Positions 1-12,035 of a stretch of DNA of 64,000 nucleotides are shown piece after piece. The stretch's first letter is position 1; each line of letters begins with the position of its first letter. The stretch comes from Eledone cirrhosa (taxonomy: Eukaryota), in NCBI GenBank assembly GCA_964016885.1, contig OZ024755.1, positions 32,364,001-32,428,000 on the forward strand, in the 5' to 3' direction. The notes under the pieces were generated by a model. It saw nothing but the letters and a program-made list of their open reading frames with translations, was not told the DNA's origin and ran no database searches. A program made the translations under genes and the position numbers.

Positions 1-360
1 GTAAGTGGTAATACAAATGGATGCAAAGAGTTCAGATTAGAAAATATTTCATCTTCTGCACCAGCATAATTGATGAAGAGGAGGTATGTGTACACAAAGG
101 AGTTAAGAACATTGGAGTTATTGTGGATGACGACTGTAAGAAGTTACAGGTTGCTTACATATTGCATATGTTCCTGCATTCTACCAAGTGTTCAGATAAG
201 CCAGGGACCCACATTTTGTTGACTTATGTTCCCATACTTTACCAAGTTCAGTTTATCATGGCACCACCAGTACAAAAGAGGTTGTCATATCTGTGATACA
301 GCTGCACAACCCCCTCAACACTATCCTTAACCTAAACTCATATTTAATATTTTTTTTTGT

Positions 361-864
361 TTAACCCTTTAGCATTTAAACAGGCTGTATCTGGCCAGAA
401 TTCTCTCACCTCTTTCTGTTCAAACTGATCGTAACTGGCCACTCATACTTATGTTAAGGTATTGTTCTCAAAATAAATAATATCAAAATCTCATAGATTC
501 GATATTATGTGAGGTAAAACCTTTACCATGAAAATACAATAGTAAATATAGAGTAATGTAAATATTATGTGAGATATTATGTGAGGTAAAGCCTTTACTG
601 TGAAAATACAATAGTATATATAGAGTAATGTAAATGTTATGTGAGATATTATGTGAGGTAAAGCCTTTACCATGAAAATACAATAGTATATATAGAGTAA
701 TGTAAATGTTATGTGAGATATTATGTGAGGTAAAGCCTTTACCATGAAAATACAATAGTATATATAGAGTAATGTAAATGTTATGTGAGATATTATGTGA
801 GGTAAAGCCTTTACCATGAAAATACAATAGTATATATAGTGTAATGTAAATGTTAAAGGGTTAA
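361..864 (+). mobile_element. piggyBac-type MITE (family M) with internal 72-bp tandem expansion
   Basis: Begins TTAA-CCCTTTAGCATTTA and ends TAAATGTTAAAGGG-TTAA (TIRs plus TTAA target duplication; CCC...GGG termini typical of piggyBac). A 72-bp internal unit is repeated about 4.5 times. Confidence 0.8.
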
Positions 865-1466
865 ATTTGAGAAATGCACAATCCCATTTATTAAATGACT
901 TTGATTATATTAGCAAATATGATAGGAGCTAGTTTGCTTTTAGTTCAACACAGTTGATTAGTAAACTGGTTACTAGTAGTAAACTGCTTACTAATAGTAA
1001 ACTGGTTACTAGTAATTGTTATAAAAACCAAGTAACACAAGGAATAATACATTCTCCTTTATGTAACTTGTTACTTCAACCTCATTAAAATTCGATTAGT
1101 TTACTATTTTTATCAATTGATGAGACTATAGAGAAGTTGTGGAATCTATAAATCTACACTGAACCAAGCAATGGTAAGAGTTGGATATGAGAGAGAATCT
1201 GATAACTGAAAATCTGACAAGTCACTGACCAAAGCAAATCTATGGGGAAAAAATATATATTGTTTCTCTACAATGAATAATATAGCATTTCAGTTTTATC
1301 TTTGTAATTTGAACGATAATTACATAAATGATGAACGAGGATGTTTGAAAATCTAATCAACATAGTAGCCAGTCAATAATTGAATTTATACATTATGAGA
1401 AAGTTAAAGTCTATCCCATGCCTAGGGGTTCATCAGGCTGGGAGCTTATCCTGGATTTGTTGGCGT

Positions 1467-2509
1467 TTAACCCTTTAGCATTTAAACAGACCGTATCCAG
1501 CCAGAACTCTCTCACCTCTTTCTGTTTAACCCTTTAGCATTTAAACCGAGCAAATCCGGCTAGAATTCTCTCACCTCTTTCTGTTCAAACCGGCTGTAAC
1601 CAGCCACTCATACTTATGTTAAGGTATTGTTCTCAAAATAAATAATATGAACATCTCATAGATTCAATATTATATGAGATAATTATGTAAGGTAAAGCCT
1701 TTACCGTGAAAATATAATAGTATATATAGGGTAATGTAAATGCTAAAGGGTTAAACCGGCCATAACTGGCAGCTCATACCTACATTAAGGTATTGTTCTC
1801 AAACTAAATAACATAAGAATTTCTTAGATTCAATATAATGTGAGATAATTATGTAAGATAAATCTTTTACAGTGAAAATACAATAGTAAATATAGAGGAA
1901 TGATTTCTAGTATAGGCACAAGGCCAGTAATTTGGGGGGAGGGGAAAGTCAATTAAATTGACCCAGTACGTTACTGGTGCTTTATTTTATTGACCTCATA
2001 AGGATGAAAGGCAAAGTTAACCTCGGCGGGATTTGAACGCAGATCTTAAAGGGCAGTAACTCTATGTTGTAAAGCATACAGATACTGCCAATCCACATAG
2101 AATAATTGTTTCTACTTTTGGCACAAGGCCATAAATTACCCAGTGCATTACTGGTACTTTATTTTATCGACCCCGTAAGGATGAAAGGCAAAGTTAACCT
2201 CGGCGGGATTTGAACGCAGATCTTAAAGGGCAGTAACTCTATGTTGTAAAGCATACAGATACTGCCAATCCACATAGAATAATTGTTTCTACTTTTGGCA
2301 CAAGGCCATAAATTACCCAGTGCATTACTGGTACTTTATTTTATCGACCCCGTAAGGATGAAAGGTAAAGTTAACCTCGGCGGGATTTGAACTCAGATCA
2401 TAAAGGGAGGTAACTCTATGCTACAAAGCATGGTGTCCGACCCTCTACCAATACTGCCAATCCACCGCCAATCCATCCACATAGAATAATGTAAATGATA
2501 AAGGGTTAA
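1467..2509 (+). mobile_element. Family M MITE carrying a nested MITE (1526-1754) and three tandem SINE-B copies (about 1900-2470)
   Basis: Outer TIRs at 1467 and 2509. An inner complete TTAA-flanked copy is inserted at an internal TTAA. MITE sequence resumes after each insertion. Confidence 0.75.
1900..2472 (-). mobile_element. Three tandem copies of tRNA-derived SINE family B
   Basis: Repeated GGCACAAGGCC...GGTACTTTATTTTATCGACCCCGTAAGGATGAAAGG...GGGATTTGAAC (B box GTTCAAATCC on the minus strand). Confidence 0.8.
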
Positions 2510-2651
2510 ACAATGAAAAGTCACAGAGTTAACCCTCAACTGCTGCTGCTACTACTCACTTTTTCTGTTGAGTGAACTGTCACAATGTGAAATGAAGTGT
2601 CTTGCTCAAGAATACAATGCCCAAGCCAATCTAGGTATTGAACTTATGACT

Positions 2652-3305
2652 TTAACCCTTTAGCATTTACATTACTCTATATAAACTATTGTATTTTCAC
2701 AGTAAAGGCTTTACCTCACATAATATCTCATAACATTTACATTACTCTATATAAACTATTGTATTTTCACAGTAAAGGCTTTACCTCACATAATATCTCA
2801 TAACATTTACATTACTCTATATAAACTATTGTATTTTCACGGTAAACACTTTACCTCACATAATATCTCATAACATTTACATTACTCTATATAAACTATT
2901 GTATTTTCACAGTAAAGGCTTTACCTCACATAATATCTCATAACATTTACATTACTCTATATAAACTATTGTATTTTCACGGTAAACACTTTACCTCACA
3001 TAATATCTCATAACATTTACATTACTCTATATAAACTATTGTATTTTCACAGTAAAGGCTTTACCTCACATAATATCTCATAACATTTACATTACTCTAT
3101 ATAAACTATTGTATTTTCACGGTAAACACTTTACCTCACATAATATCTCATAACATTTACATTACTCTATATATACTATTGTATTTTCACAGTAAAGGCT
3201 TTACCTCACATAATATTGAATCTACAAGATTTTGATGTTATTTATTTTGAGAACAATACCTTAACATCAGTATGAGTGGCTGGTTACAGCCAGCTTGAAC
3301 AGAAA
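2652..3305 (-). mobile_element. Family M MITE (one end missing) with 70-bp tandem array
   Basis: TIR at 2652; ATTACTCTAT recurs every 70 bp from 2671 to 3161 (8 copies). Confidence 0.8.
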
Positions 3306-3452
3306 TAGTAGTTGTAGTTATAGTAGTAGTAGCAACAGTAAAAATCTATCCATAATGAATAGCATGGTTTCTTCAATGATGAAGTAGTGGTAGCATTGGT
3401 AGTAGTAGTAATAGTTGTAGTAGTAGTAGTAGTAGTAGTAGTAACAGTAATA

Positions 3453-4152
3453 CCATAATTCTATTATTTCAATGATGAAGTAGTGGTAGCATTGGTAGTA
3501 GTAGTAATAGTAGTAGTAGTAGTATTAGTAATAGTAATACCATAATTCTATTATTTCAATGATGAAGTAGTGGTAGCATTGGTAGTAGTAGTAATAGTAG
3601 TAGTAGTAGTATTAGTAATAGTAATACCATAATTCTATTATTTCAATGATGAAGTAGTGGTAGCATTGGTAGTAGTAGTAATAGTAGTAGTAGTAGTATT
3701 AGTAATAGTAATACCATAATTCTATTATTTCAATGATGAAGTAGTGGTAGCATTGGTAGTAGTAGTAATAGTAGTAGTAGTAGTATTAGTAATAGTAATA
3801 CCATAATTCTATTATTTCAATGATGAAGTAGTGGTAGCATTGGTAGTAGTAGTAATAGTAGTAGTAGTAGTATTAGTAATAGTAATACCATAATTCTATT
3901 ATTTCAATGATGAAGTAGTGGTAGCATTGGTAGTAGTAGTAATAGTAGTAGTAGTAGTATTAGTAATAGTAATACCATAATTCTATTATTTCAATGATGA
4001 AGTAGTGGTAGCATTGGTAGTAGTAGTAATAGTAGTAGTATTAGTAATAGTAATACCATAATTCTATTATTTCAATGATGAAGTAGTGGTAGCATTGGTA
4101 GTAGTAGTAATAGTAGTAGTAACAGTAATACCCTAATTCTATTATTTCAATG
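3453..4152. repeat. 87-bp minisatellite built around (TAG)n, about 8 copies
   Basis: CCATAATTCTATTATTTCAATGATGAAG recurs at 3453, 3540, 3627 and onward. Confidence 0.9.
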
Positions 4153-5029
4153 ACATCGTAAGACAAGCTCACATTTGCTTCTTTATATTTTAGAAGTGTT
4201 TTTAACATTTCAATAATTCTCCAAAAGTTTATAAGATTTCTTGAAGGAACAATTCTGACCACGATATTGTTTACAATGTTTACACTGTTGACTTATTCAA
4301 AAACAGATTTAGCATTTAAAAAATGTTAAACAAGAGGGGACTAGTTAGATGCAAATAATACAAACATCACTTAAATTGATAGTTAGTGAAATAAACTCCA
4401 CTTGATACTGCCTAAGGTAATTCCTGACGTCAATAACATAGCATGGTACCAACACACACACATAAAAAATAAACTCCTACCGTTAAACATCGAATATGTT
4501 GGCATCTTACAGTTTAGTTATATTGATTTTTTTTCTTACAAACACAGTATTTTACAGAGTAAAAAGAAAAGGAGTATTGTACAGCGAGTTACACAAATGA
4601 ATAAAACTGGTTACGTAAGTTAGCGGTATTTAAAATGTAATTCTGTTCATTATTTACACCACTTACAAAATATGCTTTATTGTACTGACTATCAAACAGG
4701 TCCCCTCAACATATATGGCTGTCATAATCATCATCATCATCATCGTTTTAAGTCTATTTTTCCATGCTAGCATATGGGTTAGACGAGTTACCCTCGTAAT
4801 GGTGTAATTACTTAGATAACACGTTTAAGTATGAAAATACACTCTTGACAGGTGCAATGTGTCCGAACGTAGAAGAGCCGAACTCCCACCGTCATCTCCC
4901 CCCCCCCCCAACTCTCTGTGTAGTGAGCAAATGGGATCACACGTGCTGGCCGTCCCACAGCCCCAGCGGACAGAATGGAGAAGGCGTTTTCCCCGGAGGA
5001 TGGTAAGGGAGATGTGCTGGGAGAGCCAT

Positions 5030-5702
5030 ATGTCAGGTCAGGTGACCATGTCTTGCACAAACAGAACTGATTTGGGCTTGGTTTCTACAGCTGGATGCCC
5101 TTCCTAATGCCAACCTCATTTAGAATAAGTACTAGGTGCTTTTTGTAATGACACCCACACAACCACTTTACAGTAAGTACTAGGTGCTTTTTGTAATGAC
5201 ACCCACACAACCACTTTAGAGTAAGTACTAGGTGCTTTTTGTAATGACACCCACACAACCACTTTAGAGTAAGTACTAGGTGCTTTTTGTAATGACACCC
5301 ACACAACCACTTTAGAGTAAGTACTAGGTGCTTTTTGTCATAACACCCACACAACCACTTTAGAGTAAGTACTAGGTGCTTTTTGTAATGACACCCACAC
5401 AACCACTTTACAGTAAGTACTAGGTGCTTTTTGTCATAACACCCACACAACCACTTTAGAGTAAGTACTAGGTGCTTTTTGTCATAACACCCACACAACC
5501 ACTTTACAGTAAGTACTAGGTGCTTTTTGTCATAACACCCACACAACCACTTTAGAGTAAGTACTAGGTGCTTTTTGTCATAACACCCACACAACCACTT
5601 TAGAGTAAGTACTAGGTGCTTTTTGTCATAACACCCACACAACCACTTTAGAGTAAGTACTAGGTGCTTTTTGTTGTGACACCCACACAACCACTTTACA
5701 GT
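5030..5702 (-). repeat. RTE-3'UTR-derived element with 48-bp tandem array (about 12 copies)
   Basis: Carries TTTCTACAGCTGGATGCCCTTCCTAA shared with the RTE 3'UTR, followed by the unit AGTAAGTACTAGGTGCTTTTTGTAATGACACCCACACAACCACTTTAG. Confidence 0.85.
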
Positions 5703-5994
5703 GGGAGGAGTTGGGGCACACTGTATATATGCTTCAGCTTTGGCCTGTACCCCTGGGAGTCAGGTCGTCTGTATGCCTGCGTAACACAATCATTATCATC
5801 ATTTAACATCTGTTTCTCTTGCTAGTAAGGGTTGGATGGAAAGAATTCAGTAGTAAATCAGTCACTCATCTCTCAGACCTATTGGGGGGCATTATCATTA
5901 AAATGATAATGTTGTTGATGTTTTTGTTATTGTTGTTGTTGATGATGATGATAAGACATCAGAATGTTGTCAACAATTGTAATTATTCTTGCTC

Positions 5995-6338
5995 TGATCG
6001 ATCGACAAGATCCCAGACCTCGTTCACTTGCCGAGTGGGGTGGAACTCATCAAATTAGACCAAGGAAACAATGTTTCCATTGGTCTTTCCATTCATCATC
6101 ATCATCATCATCGTTTAACGTCCATCTTCCACGCTAGCATGGGTTAGATACTATCTACCGGTCACAACCCCTGGAAGAAGGAGCAACATGAAATAAAGTG
6201 TCTTGCTCAACATGAAATGGAGCAACATGAAATAAAGTGTCTTGCTCAAAGACACAACTCATCATGCAGTCTGAGAATTGAACTCGCAACCTCACGATTG
6301 CGAATCCAACACTCTAACCACTAAGCCACGCACCTTCA
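5995..6338 (-). mobile_element. tRNA/CORE SINE family D, interrupted by an RTE-tail fragment
   Basis: Minus-strand head GAAGGTGCGTGGCTTAGTGG...GAGTTCAATTC, CORE-like GAGCAAGACACTT, tail GAAAGACCAATGGAAAC. Confidence 0.65.
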
Positions 6339-6658
6339 ATGTAATAAAACAATACGAGCATAGAAACAACAACAATAACATAACAACAAAGTAAATTATC
6401 TTTGAAGAATGTGACTATTATAATGAGAGGTTATTTCAGGAGTTTTGGAACAGAGCGCTGAAAAGAACGAAGAATTCAACATTTTCATTGAAAGACAACC
6501 TATTTGATAGGGAAGAACAATATAATTGGATAAAAGTTCCTTTGTGATTAGTGAGAAATAATAAACACAACAATTTCACCCATATTTCCAAAAGAAATTC
6601 TCTCCTAAATATATATAGTGTATATATAAGAAGTTGTTTGACACACACACACACACAC

Positions 6659-7705
6659 ATCATCATCATCATCATCATCAACGTTTAACGTCCGTGTTCC
6701 ACGCTTGCATGGGTTTGGACGGGGGTAGTCCCACTTGAGGCAAGAGTGATTGTCTTGCTCGCATAGGACTGTCTGGCAGGTTTTCTACAGTTGGATGCCC
6801 TTCCTAACACCAACCACATTTACAGTGTGGGTCTGGGAGGTTTTTACCGTGTTGCCTACACGGCCACATTACAGCGTGGACTGTGTGTTTTTTTGTCGTG
6901 ACACCTACACGATCTCATTTGTTTCGGCCTCGATGGCGCGGCACCAACATAACTTTACATAGAACGGGGTGGTGTGGATGGGGTGGGGGTGGTGGTGGTG
7001 GGACGGGGGTGTATTTTGTTAGAGATGCCTACTGGCTGGAGTAGGTTTTACTATATATTTAGGTAAGGCGGGTCTTCTCTGTTACTGAGTACCGCCAAAG
7101 GTCTCGGTCCAGTGACATTGTCTTGGAGAGGTGTAAGTGTGTGATGTCGGAGTTTATCAGCTCGTCCCAGGTTTTTCTAGGTCTGCCTATTCCGTGACTA
7201 CCGTCTATCTTTATTGCCCTGCACTTTGTTATACAGCTATCGACTTTCATGCGCATCACGTGTCCATACCAACGTAGCCTTCTCTCGAGTAAACAACATC
7301 TGATCCCTCTTATCTCTAATTTTTTCCTTAGTTCGTTTATGCTTTGCCGTTCACGTATATTACTGTTACACATCCAGCGGAGCATGCAAGCTTCGTTCCT
7401 CTCTAGTCTGCGTATATCCTCTGCACACAATGCCCAGGTCTCACTGCCATGCAGCATTGCTGTTCGTATGCAGGCATCGTACAACCTGCCTTTCATTTTT
7501 AGTGAGAACCCTTTAGCAGCTAATAGTGGTATAAGCTCTCTGAACTTTTTCCAACCAGTTCTGACTCTAGCTACAGTACTTTCAGAGCACCCTCCCCCAC
7601 TGCTGATTTTATCGCCCAGGTAACGGAAGCTGTCCACTATTTCTATAGAACCCTCTGCGCAATTGAAAGAGCTAGTATTTTGTGGGCACTTGCTGCTACT
7701 TATTG

Positions 7706-7708
<3 letters not shown>
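6659..7708 (-). mobile_element. 5'-truncated RTE-clade LINE (family RTE-a): ORF C-terminus, 3'UTR and (TGA)n tail
   Basis: ORF 7059-7637 has FRYLG, LHGSETW, RRLRWYGHVMRM and GRPRKTW, motifs typical of RTE C-termini. It nearly matches 58481-59646. Confidence 0.92.
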
Positions 7709-7740
<32 letters not shown>

Positions 7741-7907
7741 GGGGTAACAAATAATAGTTATATCCAGTCCCCTTAGGTATAGTCCAGTTATGGTATTCCG
7801 GGTAGTGGATGATATAAATGCTAGGCTTGGTTTGACTCAACAAGGCGTATTCATAGTGATGTTGCGGGTATGCTGTAATTCCTATGTTGTAAACACTTGG
7901 AGTAATA

Positions 7908-7967
7908 ATAAATCAGGAAAGAAGATTGACATGTATTGCAAACCATGTCAATCTTCTTTCCTGATTT

Positions 7968-7969
<2 letters not shown>
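7908..7969. repeat. Perfect 26-bp inverted repeat with 10-nt spacer next to (TA)n
   Basis: ATAAATCAGGAAAGAAGATTGACATG ... CATGTCAATCTTCTTTCCTGATTTAT. Confidence 0.9.
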
Positions 7970-8023
<54 letters not shown>

Positions 8024-8026
<3 letters not shown>

Positions 8027-8138
8027 AACTAGTAGGACCCCGACGGCTGAGCTCAAGCCGTTTCGACGGCTAATTCTGGACTCTTGAGTACTTTGGTACG
8101 TTATGGTCCACCTGGTTCCTTACCACATTTCCTTCGTT
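8024..8138 (+). mobile_element. Fold-back element family H3 (inverted hammerhead 3' half plus sense tail) in (TA)n
   Basis: Matches 48017-48233. The minus strand reads GAAACGGCTTGAGCTCAGCCGTC. Confidence 0.6.
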
Positions 8139-8252
8139 ATATATATATATATATAATTGTTTCTACTTTTGGCACAAGGCCAGCAATTATCCCAGTGTAT
8201 TACTGGTACTTTATTTTATCGACCCCGTAAGGATGAAAGGCAAAGTTAACCT

Positions 8253-8581
8253 TTGTGTACAAGGAGGTGTTACAATCATTGTTTAGGTAGATGAGGCAGA
8301 AGGGGATATACACGGTTGGCTGAAGAAGGATGAGACTGTGTTAGTAGTACGACCAACAGCTGCTATCACGCCAACAGTAGCAAAAACAACAACAAAAAAG
8401 AGAGGGAACGCAATTAGATGCTTTTGAAAAATCTTAATGGAAAATTATTTGCCTAAGCACAAAATGTAGACACCATCCCCAGGCCGAGGTATTCCGCGCT
8501 TCTCTGTACTGTTTCAGAAAGGAGGGATAAACATGCCAATCTATGTTTAGAATCCCGAGCAACGCCAGGCCATTCTGCTAG
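8253..8581 (+). mobile_element. Helitron 3'-terminal fragment
   Basis: Subterminal imperfect hairpin CCCGAGCAACGCCAGG followed by CTAG|T; same end type as at 47049. The 5' boundary is uncertain. Confidence 0.5.
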
Positions 8582-8635
8582 TATATATATATATAATGAG
8601 GATAATGATGATATATATATATATATCATGCCTAT

Positions 8636-8966
8636 GGAGGCACATGGCTTAGTGGCATTGGCCTTGCAATCGAAAGGTTGTGAGTTCAATTCTCAGACCG
8701 GGTGATGTGTTGTTTCCTTGAGCAAGACACTTTATTTCACATTGCTCCAGTTTACTCAGCTGTAGAAATGAGATGATAGGGACTGGGGTCCCTATCATTC
8801 CACTGCAAAGTGGTCGTGGAGGTGCCACGGCAAAAAAGCACCCAGCACTCACTGTAAATGAGGTTGGTGTTAGGAAGGGCATCCAGCTGTAGAAATCAAG
8901 CCAGAATCAGTTCCCGTCCCACCCTTGCAAGCAGGGAAAAGCGGATGTAAAATGATGATGATGATG
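8636..8966 (+). mobile_element. tRNA/CORE SINE family C with RTE-derived tail
   Basis: A box TGGCTTAGTGG, B box GAGTTCAATTC, CORE-like CCTTGAGCAAGACACTT...CTCAGCTGTAGAAATG, tail CCCTTGCAAGCAGGGAAAAGCGGATGTAAAA(TGA)n. Confidence 0.85.
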
Positions 8967-8985
8967 AAAATATATATATATATAT

Positions 8986-9167
8986 AATTGTTTCTACTTT
9001 TGGCACAAGGCCAGCAATTACCAGTACATTACTGGTACTTTATTTTATCAACCCCGTAAGGATGAAAGGCAAAGTTGACCTCGGCGGGATTTGAACTCAG
9101 AATGGCAAGGGTCGTAACTCTATGTGTCAAAGCATGACGTCCGACCCTCTACCGATACTGCTAATCA
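8986..9167 (-). mobile_element. SINE family B
   Basis: Family B body with B box on the minus strand. Confidence 0.8.
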
Positions 9168-9216
9168 TATATATATATAATGATGATAATGATGATATAT
9201 ATATATAGAGAGAGAG

Positions 9217-9266
9217 AGAAAAAAAGATGAAATCGAAAATGCATTTTCGATTTCATCTTTTTTTCT
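9217..9266. repeat. Perfect spacerless 50-bp palindrome
   Basis: AGAAAAAAAGATGAAATCGAAAATG|CATTTTCGATTTCATCTTTTTTTCT. Confidence 0.95.
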
Positions 9267-9350
9267 TTATACTTTCACTCGTGTAGGACACCTCGGTTAT
9301 TTTTCATTTTGTAAAAAAAACCCTCACTTTCTAATATATATATATATATA

Positions 9351-9774
9351 CAATATATTAACAAATGGAAACTATATTTATAAGACCATATTTATTTCAT
9401 TATACATATTTCAAGGACACCAAGTTAAATTATGGTGTGCTTTCATCAGATACATATAATATAGATCAGTTTTATAAATAAATATTGACATACCTTTAAA
9501 ACTATCCGGGAGCTTCCAACAGAAATGGTTGCATTTTTTAAGGGTATGCCAATATTTATTTATAAAACTGATCTATATTATATTTTATCTGATGAAAGCA
9601 CACCATAATTTAACTTGGTGTCCTTGAAATATGTATAATGAAATAAATATGGTTTTATAAATATAGTTTCCATTTGTTAATATATCGTATTTTTACTCCA
9701 ATAATTTGTTGAGTGCTTTATATCAGTTATAAAAATATTTGCTTGTTGTATCCCAACAATTTAAATAGAACTTC

Positions 9775-9778
<4 letters not shown>
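9351..9778 (+). mobile_element. Fold-back element family H1 (Penelope-like pseudo-LTR remnant) with about 150-bp inverted arms
   Basis: Arms at about 9353-9500 and 9535-9685, each holding a hammerhead core. About 95-bp tail, flanked by (TA)n. Second copy at 44643-45027. Confidence 0.7.
9581..9645 (+). ncRNA. Minimal type I hammerhead ribozyme (predicted cleavage after A9637)
   Basis: Stem I UAUUUUAU/AUGAAAUA; core CUGAUGA at 9589-9595; stem II AAGCACACCA/UGGUGUCCUU; GAAA at 9626-9629; near-palindromic minimal helix III AUAUGUAU; AUA triplet. Confidence 0.7.
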
Positions 9779-9842
<64 letters not shown>

Positions 9843-9844
<2 letters not shown>

Positions 9845-10205
9845 TCGTGTAGGTGTCATGACAAAAAACACGCAGTCCACGCTGTAATGTTGCCGTGTAG
9901 GCAACACGGTAAAAACCTCCCAGTCCCACACTGTAAATGTGGTTGGTGTTAGGAAGGGCATCCAGCTGTAGAAAACACGCCAGACAGTCCACGCTGTAAT
10001 GTGGCCGTGTAGGCAACACGGTAAAAACCTCCCAGCCCCACACTGTAAATGTGGTTGGTGTTAGGAAGGGCATCCAACTGTAGAAAACCCGCCAGACAGT
10101 CCTATGTGAGTAAGACAACCACTCTTGCCTCAAGTGGGAAAACTCCCGTCCAAACCCATGCAAGCGTGGAACATGGATGTTAAACGATGATGATGATGAT
10201 GATGA
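9843..10205 (+). mobile_element. RTE-a 3'UTR fragment with 112-bp internal duplication
   Basis: Matches the reverse complement of about 58500-58855; (GAT)n tail. Confidence 0.85.
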
Positions 10206-10608
10206 TATATATATATATTAGACTTTATTTGTTATTCCTTTCCCTCAAAAAAGATTCTTTAGTGTATTTGAGTACATTAGAGTATATTTGTTTTTCTAAG
10301 TTTTTCTAAGTTTGTGTATGTTTGTATAAAGCAATATGAAACATGCAGTTTTAGTGTATCTGAATTCAGGTTATTTCCGTATAAATAAAGATTTTGTCTA
10401 GATATTCAGAAAAGAAAAGACAAAAAGGAAGGAAAAGAAGAGTTTATTAGGTTTATTGTTAAATAATTTGTCAGTAATTTATGTACTGAGAAGCAACTAG
10501 TTATTGTCCAGCCCCAAGTCAGTCCTGTATTATCTGACATATATATAACCAAATATATGACCAACCATCCTGACCATCTGTTGTTTTGTATATCACGTTC
10601 TACACAGT

Positions 10609-10794
10609 ATAATTGTTTCCACTTTTGGCACAAGGCCAGCAATTACCCAGTACATTACTGGTACTTAATTTTATCGAACCCGTAAGGATGAAAGGCAAAG
10701 TTAACCTCGGCGGGATTTGAATTCAGACTGTAAAGGGACGTAACTCTATGCTGTAAAGCATGGCGTCCAACCTTCTACCGATAATGCCAATCCA
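10609..10794 (-). mobile_element. SINE family B
   Basis: Family B body. Flanking ACAGTATAAT on both sides suggests a TSD. Confidence 0.8.
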
Positions 10795-11016
10795 CAGTAT
10801 AATGCAGAGGTTCTCAAAGTGGGTGCTATCCCCTCCCCCACCAGTATTGAGAAGGTCCAGAGGGCTCTAGGGACTAAGGGGCTTTGGGGGAGCGGTAGAG
10901 ATGATATAACAGTATATTAAATACCAAATGATACATACTATATATAAATATAGTAAAATAAAAAATATATAATATCTATTTATACATAGTTTATATTATA
11001 TTATTAATTAGATTAA

Positions 11017-11208
11017 CGGTGAATTGGCAGTATTGGTAGAGGGTCGGACGCCATGCTTTACAGCATAGAGTTACGTCCCTTTACGATCTGAGTTCAAATC
11101 CCGTCGCTGTTAACTTTGCCTTTCATTCTTACGGGGTCGATAAAATAAAGTACCAGTAATGCACTGGGTATTTGCTGGCCTTGTGCCTAAAGTAGAAACA
11201 ATTATTAT
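11017..11208 (+). mobile_element. SINE family B with TSD TTAGATTAACG, inside a decayed hAT-like MITE (about 10805-11337)
   Basis: A box TGGCAGTATTGG and B box GAGTTCAAATCC. The host element starts CAGAGGTTCTCAAAGT, which resembles a hAT terminus (weak support). Confidence 0.75.
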
Positions 11209-11469
11209 TTAGATTAACGATTTTATTTATTATATATTATTTACAATCTGTGTGTAGGCAGGTCTCTCTGAAAATAGGGGTGGTGGGCGCTGAGGGCATT
11301 ACATGCCCATGAGGGGGCAAAAAAGTTGGACTACCTCATACGACTCCTCTCTCTTTACATCTGCTGCCTGCGTGAATGTATGTGTGTGTAAAAAGAAGGA
11401 AGGGGGTGGTGAATAAACTAGAGCAAAATGGTGGCTGGCGTTCCATTTGCTATCCTGTGTATGTATGTA

Positions 11470-12035
11470 TGTGTTTGTGTGAATATATGTGTGTGTTTGT
11501 GTGAATGTATACGTGTGTTTGTGTGAATGTATACGTGTGTTTGTGTGAATGTATGCGTGTGTTTGTGTGAATGTATGCGTGTGTTTGTGTGAATGTATGC
11601 GTGTGTTTGTGTGAATGTATACGTGTGTTTGTGTGAATGTATGTGTGTTTGTGAGAATGTATACGTGTGTTTGTGTGAATGTATGCGTGTGTTTGTGTGA
11701 ATGTATGCGTGTGTTTGTGTGAATGTATGCATGTGTTTGTGTGAATGTATACGTGTGTTTGTGTGAATGTATGTGTGTTTGTGTGAATGTATGCGTGTGT
11801 TTGTGTGAATGTATGCGTGTGTTTGTGTGAATGTATGCGTGTGTTTGTGTGAATGTATGCGTGTGTTTGTGTGAATGTATGCGTGTGTTTGTGTGAATGT
11901 ATGCGTGTGTTTGTGTGAATGTATGCGTGTGTTTGTGTGAATGTATGCGTGTGTTTGTGTGAATGTATGCGTGTGTTTGTGTGAATGTATGTGTGTGTTT
12001 GTGTGAATGTATGTGTGTGTTTGTGTGAATGTATG
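11470..12035. repeat. 22-bp minisatellite (GTGTGTTTGTGTGAATGTATGC)n, about 25 copies
   Basis: Direct reading. Confidence 0.95.

Noticed and set aside
1-6. Window starts with GTAAGT, a perfect splice donor
   Set aside because: The upstream exon is not visible, so chance cannot be excluded; not called as a feature.
21-296. 91-aa ORF with faint resemblance to a decayed mariner transposase N-terminus
   Set aside because: No diagnostic motif (WVPHEL, DD34D) or TIR is visible; too weak.
5085-5690. Cys/His/Lys-rich repetitive ORF that looks like a metal-binding protein (also 13892-14470 and 36547-37188)
   Set aside because: The periodicity equals the tandem unit derived from the RTE 3'UTR.
8636-8710. 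tRNA-like sequences with A and B boxes
   Set aside because: They are SINE heads with no complete cloverleaf and continue into CORE and tail segments.
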